44,489 bases of DNA from a virus (taxonomy: Duplodnaviria; Heunggongvirae; Uroviricota; Caudoviricetes). How positions within the stretch are numbered: the first letter of the stretch is position 1; the number at the start of each line of letters is the position of its first letter. Both the position numbers and the translations under genes were made by a program. The stretch covers positions 64,001-108,489 of IMG/VR virus record IMGVR_UViG_3300031992_000041, one strand, 5' to 3'. Below are positions 20,301 through 28,242 of the stretch, piece by piece. The notes below the pieces were generated by a model. That model ran no database searches. It had not been told where the DNA came from and saw only the letters and a list, made by a program, of their open reading frames with translations.

Positions 20301-22368
20301 GCGCTCCACCTACGACGCCATCCAGGACGCCATCAAGAAGGAGGCCTCGCTGATAAAGAAGCAGGTGGAGATACAGTGGAACGACGCGCTGACGCCTGAC
20401 GGCAAGAGCATGAAGCAGGCGTTTGAAGGAACGCTGTCGGCTCTCGGGCTGAGGGAAGACCAGGTGAAGCGCGCAAACTCACTTATCAGCGCGGGGCAGG
20501 CCAGCGAGCGCGTGGCCGACAGGATCGCCGTCAAGCAGATGAAGATACGCCTCCAGATGCAGGAGACGTACTACAAGATGCTGCGCAAGATAGGGATGGA
20601 GCGCATAGCCCAACTGGAGGCGGCAGGCAAGCACGAGGATGCCGAGCATGTGCGCAAGAGCCTGAACCTGGCACTCAGCGAGGAACAGAAGAAACTGGAC
20701 GAGCAGCGCGTGGCCATCGCCAACCAACTGGAGGAGAGCCAGAACCGCCTCTACCAGGAACTGCGAGAGTGGGGCGACCTGATGGCGTCGTCGGTACAGC
20801 AACTCTTCGAGGCGAGCAACGCGGGCAACGCCGAGTACTACAACGAGCGGGCGAAGATGAACCTGACGGGCAGGGGAGGGCCCGGGGCAGGGACGTACAT
20901 CGTCATCGACAACGAGGGCACCAGCGACGCACGGGCGCACTACGAGTACCTTGACGAGCGGCAGGCACTGGAGCGCCACCGCGAGATAGAGCAGCAGAAC
21001 GCCGTGGCCGACGCATGGAAGAAGGTGATGGACGACATCAACCAGAAGATGAGCGACATGATCACCGACCAGATCAACGCCATGCTCCAGAACGACAGCA
21101 TCGACGCGAACACCGACGCGCTGGGAGCCAACACGCTTGCCATACAGGCACTGAGCAATGCCATCACCGGGATGGGCATGGGCGGCGCTGAAGAGCCGGC
21201 CGGACTTGCCGGAACGGCAGAAGGCAGCACGCCGGGCGTCAGCCCTGCGGCGCCGGAGGGCCTGACGACCGAACAGGTGCAGGAGTGGAAGGACGCGCTG
21301 GGCGACAACCCGATGCTGTTCTGGCAGGAGCAGAGCGACGCTGCCACGCAGAAGATGCTCGCCAACATGGGCGAGATACAGAAGGGGCAGCAGGAGGCAG
21401 GCGAGAGCATGGCGGCCAGTGCCCAGAGCACCTTTGCCAAGATGTCGCTGGCAGCCAACATGTACGGCGTAGCCTACCAGGCCATGACCAACAGCAACCT
21501 GAGCACGACGCAGAAGTTCGAGATGATGGCCCTGCAGGCCGTCGGCAACTACGCCATCTCAAGCCTCACGGCCTTTATGGCAAAGACGGCGGCGGAGGGT
21601 GTGGCGAACGAGGCCTCGGTGCTCGGCAAACTTTGGAGCCAACTGGGATGGGCCGCCGCACCTGTGTTCGCCATCTTCACGGGACTCCTCGGCGCAGCCA
21701 TGGGCGCTGCGACGAATGCCGTCAGCAAGTCGAAGAGCCAGATCGCGCAGGCCACGGGCTCGTCGGTCGGCGCAGGGCGGCTGGCAACGGGCATGCTCAC
21801 CTATGGCGAGGGTAACGTGAACGAGTTCACCGACCCCGCCTCGCTGACACCTGGCAGGCACTACAACGTGGACGGAGCAGACGGCAGGACGTACCGGGCA
21901 CGGTACATGGGCAAGGATGCCAGGACGCACATCACCAGCGGCCCGGAGTTCCACCTCGTGGGCGAGAAGGGCAGGGAGGCCATCATCGACGCACATACCA
22001 CGCGGAACATACAACTGAACGAGCCGGAGATATGGAACACCATACAGACGCTCTACAACGGCGGCTCGCTGGCCGCACGAAGGAGGCGCGCCGCAAGAAG
22101 GGGCGTCCGTGCCTTTGCCGACGGCAACATCGACGAGTTTACGGAGACCGACGGCCTGACGGGTACCGACGGCGCAGGCGAGACGGCACTGGGCTTCGAC
22201 CCTGCCGCCCTGCAGGCGTCGCTCGACCGCAACAGCGCCGTGCAGGAAGCCCTGCTTGAGCGGCTGGCGAAGCCGCTGACGGTCAGCCCCTACGGCCCGG
22301 ACGGCATCGTGGCGGCCTACGACAAGTACAAGAAGGAGGCCTTGCGCCACGGCGAGAAATACATCTAA
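14338..22368 (+). CDS. Tail tape measure protein
   Basis: 2676 aa, helical Ala/Glu/Lys-rich; TP901-like core (DKMGEVRKTTGF...AAGQLG...VKRVGAVG...ALGSTV...SATALSRM). Confidence 0.9.
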   Translation: MSNKITLATIQFRADAKGANAALESLRQSSKDAHDEAERMREALDKGIKTMKDANGVDFDVARKFSEMTKQAKNFDQAIRELVKGATALETVVKNIRLGEIEASSRAELKGAINAAEARKRSVRETDPEDLQQQRELNIVIEESRKQLNNLDRDTQKVIETLDRGGTIAQSVLDKEMKGLREILTMIPKGTDEWNKYNQQLQQMETHVTNIRRQEREQASALLGSKDLGQYSEEDIRAAITNAKELLATYKTASPEAKQLADNIVRAEQFLKGYGVEAARQAAREAEQLRLEKELATTMNKRLRDLKNLSADALEETRRYWEAQRNGAAEGTTEFNKAEAALKKIDGYTRSSRRAELTSILGDPSKFGVSEVKAAVQEAEKLRDSVQKGIPVWFQYNKMVEQGRAYLDQMAKSEAAERINQQMKNLNTTLSDAGLQEVKKYWETMVAGAEKGSRELADYEAKLKEVIAEEQSRKTAAQQRSIDLFASRDLGGYSEKEIREAIEAGKQLIQTYNTADPAAKRLAENIVRAEEHLKQYGVEAERTAAREQKTVEEAAKKREESHQAMEEQLRRGTGLTQSALRAQEQYWQRMADDPKAASNEIARYFENLNKVRALQKEQEADLVKGQGISALQFFRGDTSNASADQIMENAKALKAYRNSLPQKDQANLIIEIDGYLAKSGQVAKEATGELMNLGEALEMAGKAGKDGFSATEDEIKKAIASIEKAIEIDRELVKQHRRAGNTQMAEYNEEEIKEYEKALKGLNLELKNVGISHERMQKILDNPINADNLDELRAAIKRAKAELNSMDGALGENRKQYDEMAKSVKQAEQQLKVMEGQARGTASAFEKAWSRLKTYVGLYVGASVAMNKLVGTMGDLMDLSDKMGEVRKTTGFTADEVGRLSGELKKMDTRTTLNGLLDLSVAAGQLGLKTEEDVLGFTEAANKLMVALPEMGKEGATEMLKVALATGEIDKIRKQMEQGLIDGSSATAVAMEKVGSTIDRLRATSAATAPAITDFVKRVGAVGAQSGITIDQVAALGSTVDALGMRVEMSATALSRMIPAIKNNAFALAQAIGVPPETIRDLFDTGRGMEVILMVLQRIKDSGMDADSIEQMLGMAGMKDIMKDLNQQGARAGIVFAGLSQNVDTLRQHLVTANEAYEENVAIQKEYDKMNETTAAKWERLKNQLEEAFVGDSSQRFLGGIIDFLRTIVDLLTGSNGISVAIRTILLYIGLVRLQLISIATGALKGIGTGLRNIGVMLGFIKGEMTKLQWGNIFTAAAGAVLYLVMALKDAASAMSAVSKAIAQLEEDLRKETRTLSELFHTVSKTNVELEKSRRRLEEVKEAGGDAANAENKLKKASADHAAAIREINSKYGSYLGYMLSETSSAEQLARARELINSKLRETITLKQREAALGGIEQEFGGKVNKKAASVESTLQMFFGKDYDAAARVSVAISEAAQKYAKDSKEYQKAVKKILADNKMKEVSEGYMEQFEDYRKAIEEYKTQEEIVNRRFVAQVNASRKDSREKAVASLNAIQKDWQELVTKYQKAEGEEKEKLAVEVYKQQRNYANSLANNADYFDNDKRKDVFDKNVKNMATYEKGLRSVAGEAIRTVDAMERAETKITNTDFTNGGNSAKNPWGAALGGESTDWKNMTAEQLVNRRQQMNKFVNAIQTDTDVQSVLKEDAALKKAIEKGMSSDMRTVIEWYNTERLKIQDELHARHLTNTGDWLDPKKERARKKRLQEEWKYYLDELDAYYTERKSRIQEAGNEEGVTQGEVQSRTLANEAEWHQRRAELQALYADKSVEVTQQEQDAIYSIIAERTGDDADFVMKTIGKTVGFMKKIGEKSPTEYRKALGILDKGMEKDFLQQQQAIARQMQAIQDIIDKERPFNGITKNLRENLATMGILTADMARERDRLMAAGEDMADFNARQAAEEVRRTAFMLGEAENAYSATVEDVMRRMADKGMTAWADELRRNPKMQEGLMAQLRSTYDAIQDAIKKEASLIKKQVEIQWNDALTPDGKSMKQAFEGTLSALGLREDQVKRANSLISAGQASERVADRIAVKQMKIRLQMQETYYKMLRKIGMERIAQLEAAGKHEDAEHVRKSLNLALSEEQKKLDEQRVAIANQLEESQNRLYQELREWGDLMASSVQQLFEASNAGNAEYYNERAKMNLTGRGGPGAGTYIVIDNEGTSDARAHYEYLDERQALERHREIEQQNAVADAWKKVMDDINQKMSDMITDQINAMLQNDSIDANTDALGANTLAIQALSNAITGMGMGGAEEPAGLAGTAEGSTPGVSPAAPEGLTTEQVQEWKDALGDNPMLFWQEQSDAATQKMLANMGEIQKGQQEAGESMAASAQSTFAKMSLAANMYGVAYQAMTNSNLSTTQKFEMMALQAVGNYAISSLTAFMAKTAAEGVANEASVLGKLWSQLGWAAAPVFAIFTGLLGAAMGAATNAVSKSKSQIAQATGSSVGAGRLATGMLTYGEGNVNEFTDPASLTPGRHYNVDGADGRTYRARYMGKDARTHITSGPEFHLVGEKGREAIIDAHTTRNIQLNEPEIWNTIQTLYNGGSLAARRRRAARRGVRAFADGNIDEFTETDGLTGTDGAGETALGFDPAALQASLDRNSAVQEALLERLAKPLTVSPYGPDGIVAAYDKYKKEALRHGEKYI

Positions 22369-22372
22369 GGAG

Positions 22373-24793
22373 ATGGAGGAGCAAAGACGAGACATAGACC
22401 TGATTGTGCCGATGGTGTTTCCCGACGACCCTGAGTGGCAGGCGGAGTACCGCCGTGCCAAGGGCGGCGCCGCACCGGAGACACACGTACGATATCGCTC
22501 ATGGGGAACCGAGGAACTGCTGATACGGTGCTGCCTGAAGTACATGCCTTGGCTCAGGCGGATATACATCCTGCTGGCGAGGGAGAGTCAGGTGCGACCG
22601 TGGATGGGCTCCTTGGCCGTGCAGCATGCCGGACTGCCGGAGGTGAGGGTAGTGTTCCACCGGGAGTTCATGCCGCAGAGATACCTCCCGTGCTTTGCCA
22701 GTCCGTGCATGGAGATGTTCCTGCACAGGATCCCGGGGCTGGGCGAGCAGTTCATCTATGCCAACGACGACATGTTCCCGCTGTCGCCGCTGGTGCCGGA
22801 GGACTTCTTCCGCGACGGCCTGCCGTGCCAGAGGATCACGGACAGGGCATACCCTGCCGCTCCTGGCCTGTTCCAGCGCAAGTGCATGTGGCAGCAGAAC
22901 ATGATAGGCAGGCCTTTCGGCAGGCACTTCACGAAGACGTACCCGGACACGGGGCACGTCTTCTCAGCCATCCTGAAGAGCAGTTGCGAGGAGGTGTGGC
23001 GCAGGCACGGTGGCGAGATAGCCATGTACATCTCGCCGCTCAGGCGGACGGACCGGTCGGCCAACAACTGGATATACCAACTCTACCAGCAGTACAGCGG
23101 GCGCTACGTGGACCACAGGCCGCCAAGCCACTATACTGACGACACGACGCCGACGGCGCGGGTGGCGGATATCATACGCGACCCCGGCGCTGGCATCGTG
23201 TGCCTGAACGACAACGAGCACATCGGCGACTGGCAGGTCCGCGCGGCGATAGTGCGAAGGGAGATACGGGCGAAACTGGAGGCGGCTGAAGCCTTGAAGA
23301 CGGAGGACATGACGATGAGGACGGCAGTAGTGGCCATCGGAAGGCGCGAGAACATGTATGCCAGGGAGTTCGTCGAACACTACCTCGGACTGGGCTTCGA
23401 CCACATTTTTATCCTCGACAACAACCATGACGGAGAGGAGCATTTCGAGGATGTGCTCGGAACGTTCATAGATGCGGGGACGGTGTCGGTCCATGACTAC
23501 CGCAACCGCGAGGCCGTACAGGCGCAGGCATACAACGAGACCTACCGTGGATTCCATTCTTCCTATGACTGGATGGCATTCTTCGACTTCGACGAGTTCC
23601 TCGTGATGAAGCAGGGAACGGTGAAGCAGTGGCTCGGCACGTTCGGCAGGGACGAGGACGTGGCCCTTGTGAACTGGATGTGCATGACCGACGGCGGCAT
23701 GATCTACAACGACGGCAGGCCGCTGACGGAGCGCTTCACGGAGCCAATGCCATACGACCGTTGCGTGCAGCGCAGGTTCCCTGAGAACGACCATGTGAAG
23801 AGTATCGTGCGCGGCGGCCTGTCAGAGGTCTGCTTTACGAACCCACACGTGCCGGCGACCCCACACAACCCAAGGCCGTCGCCCTTCCGCCGGTACGACT
23901 TCTCGGCGGCCTGCCTGAAGCACTTCACCACCAAGACCATCAGCGAGTGGATGTCGAACAAGTGCCAGAGGGGCGTAGGCGACAGGAGCAAGGAGGACTT
24001 CGACCGCAAGTACGCAGGCCGGTTCTTCATGTACAACGAGCGGACGCCGGAGAAGCAGGCATACATGGACGGCTTCGTTCGCAACGCGGGGATGACGGCG
24101 GCCATAGTCCACTACAACACGCCGAAACTGACGCGCGCGGCCGTGCTTTCGCTGTGGAAGCACACGCCGGGGTGCCGCGTGGTGGTGTTCGACAACAGCG
24201 ACCGCCTGCCCATCGCGGGATGCAGCCAGTGGGACGACCTGCGCAGCAGCCCGCTGGTGACCGTCATCGACAACACCGGGGGGCAGGTGATAGACTTCGA
24301 CGGGATGCTGGCGCAGTATCCCGACCGTGAGCTCGGCGACCGCAACAAGAGCAACTTCGGCTCCGCAAAGCACACCGCGTCGGTCGACAGGCTCTTCGAC
24401 CTCCTGCCGGAAGGATTCCTGCTGATGGACAGCGACGTGCTCATCACCCGTGACGTCGCACCGCTCATCGACAGGAGCGTTGCCGCCGCAGGCACGGTGC
24501 AGCCGAACGCTGGCGTGATGCGACTGCTGCCGCTGCTCTGCTGGGTCAACGTGCCGGTGCTGCGGGAGCACGGCATACGCTACTTCAACGGAGACAGGAT
24601 GTGGGCGCTCAGCCGGCGGCAGCCCGACAACCGCTACGACACCGGCGCATGGGTGCTGGAGGAGATCAGGCGCCACGGGCTGGAAGTCAGAGAGACGGAC
24701 GTCATGCGCTACCTCATACACCTGGGACATGCCTCATGGCGGGACAGGAAGCCGATGGCGTGGGTCATGGCACACAGGGAACTGTGGGAGTGA
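22373..24793 (+). CDS. Three-domain fusion: Stealth-family phosphoglycosyltransferase plus two GT-A-type glycosyltransferase domains
   Basis: Stealth-like DIDLIVPMV, RYRSWG..ELLIRC..KYMPW, FIYANDDMF, CLND; second domain HYLGLGFDHIFILDNN..WMAFFDFDEF; third AIVHYNTP..VFDNSD..LLMDSDV. Confidence 0.8.
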   Translation: MEEQRRDIDLIVPMVFPDDPEWQAEYRRAKGGAAPETHVRYRSWGTEELLIRCCLKYMPWLRRIYILLARESQVRPWMGSLAVQHAGLPEVRVVFHREFMPQRYLPCFASPCMEMFLHRIPGLGEQFIYANDDMFPLSPLVPEDFFRDGLPCQRITDRAYPAAPGLFQRKCMWQQNMIGRPFGRHFTKTYPDTGHVFSAILKSSCEEVWRRHGGEIAMYISPLRRTDRSANNWIYQLYQQYSGRYVDHRPPSHYTDDTTPTARVADIIRDPGAGIVCLNDNEHIGDWQVRAAIVRREIRAKLEAAEALKTEDMTMRTAVVAIGRRENMYAREFVEHYLGLGFDHIFILDNNHDGEEHFEDVLGTFIDAGTVSVHDYRNREAVQAQAYNETYRGFHSSYDWMAFFDFDEFLVMKQGTVKQWLGTFGRDEDVALVNWMCMTDGGMIYNDGRPLTERFTEPMPYDRCVQRRFPENDHVKSIVRGGLSEVCFTNPHVPATPHNPRPSPFRRYDFSAACLKHFTTKTISEWMSNKCQRGVGDRSKEDFDRKYAGRFFMYNERTPEKQAYMDGFVRNAGMTAAIVHYNTPKLTRAAVLSLWKHTPGCRVVVFDNSDRLPIAGCSQWDDLRSSPLVTVIDNTGGQVIDFDGMLAQYPDRELGDRNKSNFGSAKHTASVDRLFDLLPEGFLLMDSDVLITRDVAPLIDRSVAAAGTVQPNAGVMRLLPLLCWVNVPVLREHGIRYFNGDRMWALSRRQPDNRYDTGAWVLEEIRRHGLEVRETDVMRYLIHLGHASWRDRKPMAWVMAHRELWE

Positions 24794-24818
24794 CGCGGGC
24801 AGCAACGGAGAGCCTGCG

Positions 24819-24858
24819 CCGTCTGCCCTTGACCTACAGCCCTGAAATCACGATATTG
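24819..24858 (+). promoter_or_regulatory. Element-specific promoter motif, copy 4
   Basis: CCGTCTGCCCTTGACCT (17 bp identical to copy 5); TTGAC-N18-GATATTG. Confidence 0.65.
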
Positions 24859-24882
24859 TGAGAAAAAAGCATAATTACGACT

Positions 24883-26148
24883 ATGTTCATCACGACACAG
24901 AACGAGATCATATCGCTGATGCCGACGGCACGCTGGGACCGTCCGTCGCAACTCTTCGGCTATCTGGAGGAGGAGGAGCGCGTGGCGCTGGAGCCGCTGC
25001 TCGGCACGGCACTGTACCAGTACCTCATAGGGGAGTACGACCGCCTGGTCAAGGCGTACGGGGACATCACCGCCACGACCGTGCGGGACTCCGGCAAGTC
25101 GAAGGTGGACGCACGCCTGGCGCACGCCGACGTGACGGAACGGCTGGACCAGATCCGGGAGGGCAAGTACCGTGAGACCTACACCGCACCGGTGGACGGC
25201 GACAAGGACGTGCCGGACGCCGACATGAAGACCATAGCGCTCATCCGCGTCTGCCAGCAGATAGAGTTCTACAAGATGCTGAGCCACAAGGCAGGGCTGC
25301 TGGCCGTGTCGTTCAACGAGGGCGGCGGCATGAACGTGGTGACTGCCGACGGCTACGACCCCGCCGACGAGAAGCGCATGGAGCGCGTGGTGAAGGACGC
25401 CTACATGAGCGCCGGGAGAGCCGAAGACTCGCTGCTGCTGATGCTGGAGGCCGACGCCAAGGGCGACAGGATGTTCACGAAGAAATGGAGCGAGGCCGAC
25501 GCCTACTACCTGCACAAGGACCTGCTCTTCCAGACGGCGAGGGTGCTCAACGAGCACCTCGACATCAAGGGGGAGAGGACGGCATACGTGGCACTGGTGA
25601 GGGACATACGGTTCTGCCAGAACACGTACCTGAAGCCGCGCGTCGGCGCAAGACTGCTGAAGGCAGTGGTGGAATACGCCAACGCCGGGCTGGACCGGGC
25701 CGACAGCAGCACCTCTTCGTCAGGCAGCCATTCGCAGGGCGACAGCAGCAGTTCCGCGCAGGGCGGCGACATGGAGCAGGCAAGCAGAGAGGCTTACGAC
25801 GAACTGCTCTCCATGCTGCGCATGGCTTTGGCCTTCTACGTGGAGAGCCGCCGGACGGAACTGGCCCCGGCAAGGGACAGGCTGGCACGGCGCGACTCGA
25901 TGGGCGACGCGCAGCAGGCGATGGCCACGGCCTGCCAGTTCATAGCCGAGAACCTGGACCTGCTCGGCGAGGCAGCCGTCGACACACCTATATACAGAGA
26001 CGTGCGCGAGCGCGAGGCGCAGGAGGCACGGGACAAGAGACATGCCAAGGAGGCGCACCGGCGCGCATGCTGCCAGCGCATGGAACAGAGCCGCAGGAAA
26101 CTCTTTACGGGATTCCCCGCGACGCACCGGACACCGGAGGTGAAATAG
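24883..26148 (+). CDS. Hypothetical virion-module protein (possible head-tail adaptor)
   Basis: 421 aa helical ORF, ALEPLLGTALYQYL motif, lies between tail and head genes. Confidence 0.55.
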   Translation: MFITTQNEIISLMPTARWDRPSQLFGYLEEEERVALEPLLGTALYQYLIGEYDRLVKAYGDITATTVRDSGKSKVDARLAHADVTERLDQIREGKYRETYTAPVDGDKDVPDADMKTIALIRVCQQIEFYKMLSHKAGLLAVSFNEGGGMNVVTADGYDPADEKRMERVVKDAYMSAGRAEDSLLLMLEADAKGDRMFTKKWSEADAYYLHKDLLFQTARVLNEHLDIKGERTAYVALVRDIRFCQNTYLKPRVGARLLKAVVEYANAGLDRADSSTSSSGSHSQGDSSSSAQGGDMEQASREAYDELLSMLRMALAFYVESRRTELAPARDRLARRDSMGDAQQAMATACQFIAENLDLLGEAAVDTPIYRDVREREAQEARDKRHAKEAHRRACCQRMEQSRRKLFTGFPATHRTPEVK

Positions 26149-26178
26149 GGCCTCAGGCCGCCATTCAACGCCTTCAGT

Positions 26179-26218
26179 CCGTCTGCCCTTGACCTCAAGA
26201 AGGAAAAAACGTAAATTG
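26179..26218 (+). promoter_or_regulatory. Element-specific promoter motif, copy 5
   Basis: CCGTCTGCCCTTGACCT; TTGAC-N18-TAAATTG upstream of the protease/capsid genes. Confidence 0.65.
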
Positions 26219-26246
26219 CAGACGACGACATAAAAAACGACGAGAT

Positions 26247-28193
26247 ATGAACATCGGACTATTGAGAATCCTGCACAACAAGAAATGGGACTTCCGCCAG
26301 GACATGGCGCAGACCTACGCCAACGCGCTGAGGAACGCCATCGAGTTGCAGCTGGACAACGACATCGAGAAGCATCACGGCTACTTCCTCTCCAAGAAAG
26401 GCTATCAGAAGGAGGGCAGGACCGTAGGCGCGAACTTCGAGGAAAAACTCTACGTGGGCAACATCCACCGCATCGAGAACCACCTGTACTGGAACGACGA
26501 GGAACTGGCCGACGACGACGAGATCATCAACGTGGTGGTAGTGGACGGCCCCGTGACGCGCGACGGCGGCGGATGCTCATACGGCTCGAAGGACTGGCGC
26601 GATCAGGTGATGTATGCCAACACCATCCCGCAGGTTGTCGGGCACCTGTTCATCGTGAACACCCCCGGCGGCGAGGCAGAGTGCCGTAACGACTACGACA
26701 TGATGATCGGCGACTGCCGCGAGAAGGGCAAGCCCACCGTGGCGTTCATCGACGGAGGATGCTACTCGTCGGGCGTGAACCTGACCTGCCGCTGCGACTA
26801 CGTGATCGTGATGAACCCCATGGACGGATACGGCTGCATAGGCACCATGGGCGCCTTCTGGACCGTAGCCCACGACACCGTCGACCAGGACGGCTACCGC
26901 TACGTGGAGCTGGTGGGCAAGGACTGCCCTGAGAAGAACGCATGGTGGCGCGAGGCTGCCAAGGGCGAGTATGAGAAACTGCAGGCCGAGCTCGACAAGG
27001 ACACCGAGGAATTCCAACAGACCGTAAGGGAGAACCGCCCGCTGGTGACCGACGACATGCTGAGCGGCAAGGTGTTCGAGGCGCAGGAGTTGATACCCGC
27101 ACTGGTCGACGAGATAGGCGACATGGAGCGAGCCATCGAGTGCGTGTTCCAACTGGCCGACAAGACGCTGACGCCGGCACGCGAGGCAACGGTGGTAGAG
27201 GATCCGGAGAAACATCCCGACGAGCAGCCGGGCGGCGAGGAACCCGAGGAACTGGCCAAGCTGAACGCACAGCAGAAGGCAGCCATCAACAAGGAAAAGG
27301 GCAATCTGACAGTGGTCGATGACGGCCATGTCACCGCCGAGAGAGAGGATATGTTCGGTCCCCGCATGGTAGAAGTAGCAAAACCCCAAAACGAGAATAA
27401 TATGCCAAACGAAGAAGAGAAGAAGGCCCAGGAGGCTGCAGCAGCCCAGGCCGCACAGGAACAGGAAGCCGCAGAGCAGGAAGGTCAGGAGGCCGGAGGC
27501 GCTGCTGGCGAGGGAGCCGCCAAAGGTGCCGATGAAGGCGCCGGAGAAGGCTCTGGTAATGACGCTGGAGAGGGTGCCGGCAACGGCGAAGGCTCTGGCG
27601 AAGGCGAAGGAAACGGCGAAGGCTCTGGAGAGGGTGCCGGCAACGGCGAGGGCTCCGGAGAAGGCGCAGGCGACCAGCCCTCTGACGAAGCCCTGCAGAA
27701 CGAACAGGCCGACATCGACAAGATGACCGAGACACTGCACAACGCAGAGCAGATGATTGCAGACCGCGACAAGCAGATCGCCCAACTGAAGGAGTCGCTT
27801 GCCACGCTCAAAGGCATTGCCGAGGAGCGCGACGCGGCCGTGAAGGAGCGCAACGACATCTCCGCCTCGCTGGAGAAGGCCGGCCTGGACTACGCCGAGC
27901 AGGGCAAGAGGCTGACCGGTGCAGAGGCAAAGATTGCCGAGCACGTGGCCACCATCGAGACGCTGAGGAAACAGGTGGCAGACCTGAGGGCCGAGGTGAA
28001 GGAACTGGCTGAAAAGCCGGGCGACATGACCGACGGCACGTCAGGCATCCCTGCCGGCAACGGCATCGGAGCGCCGCCGAAGGACATGGGCACCGTATCC
28101 AGCACGGTCAGCCCCGACATGACCCCTGAGCAGATCCGCGCCGCACTGCGCAAGCAGGACGAGGAGATGAAGGCTCGTCGCAACAGGAGATAG
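26247..28193 (+). CDS. S49-like prohead protease with C-terminal coiled-coil scaffold
   Basis: VNTPGGE, AFIDGGCYSSG, GCIGT, GKVFEAQE..LVDEIG; Gly/Glu repeat and heptad coiled coil at the C-terminus; upstream of capsid. Confidence 0.8.
   Translation: MNIGLLRILHNKKWDFRQDMAQTYANALRNAIELQLDNDIEKHHGYFLSKKGYQKEGRTVGANFEEKLYVGNIHRIENHLYWNDEELADDDEIINVVVVDGPVTRDGGGCSYGSKDWRDQVMYANTIPQVVGHLFIVNTPGGEAECRNDYDMMIGDCREKGKPTVAFIDGGCYSSGVNLTCRCDYVIVMNPMDGYGCIGTMGAFWTVAHDTVDQDGYRYVELVGKDCPEKNAWWREAAKGEYEKLQAELDKDTEEFQQTVRENRPLVTDDMLSGKVFEAQELIPALVDEIGDMERAIECVFQLADKTLTPAREATVVEDPEKHPDEQPGGEEPEELAKLNAQQKAAINKEKGNLTVVDDGHVTAEREDMFGPRMVEVAKPQNENNMPNEEEKKAQEAAAAQAAQEQEAAEQEGQEAGGAAGEGAAKGADEGAGEGSGNDAGEGAGNGEGSGEGEGNGEGSGEGAGNGEGSGEGAGDQPSDEALQNEQADIDKMTETLHNAEQMIADRDKQIAQLKESLATLKGIAEERDAAVKERNDISASLEKAGLDYAEQGKRLTGAEAKIAEHVATIETLRKQVADLRAEVKELAEKPGDMTDGTSGIPAGNGIGAPPKDMGTVSSTVSPDMTPEQIRAALRKQDEEMKARRNRR
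27534..27672 (+). repeat. Intragenic GEGAGNGEGSG-type repeat
   Basis: GGAGAGGGTGCCGGCAACGGCGA at about 27566 and 27627 within a Gly/Glu low-complexity tract. Confidence 0.85.
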
Positions 28194-28242
28194 CAACACG
28201 AACACATTTTTTTCACCAACCAACACAAAAACTATTCAGATT

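Noticed and set aside
4509-22745. CTGGGCG heptamers in the backbone (e.g. near 4511, 16764, 20168, 21299, 22739)
   Set aside because: Expected background in GC-rich coding DNA, with no cassette or terminator context
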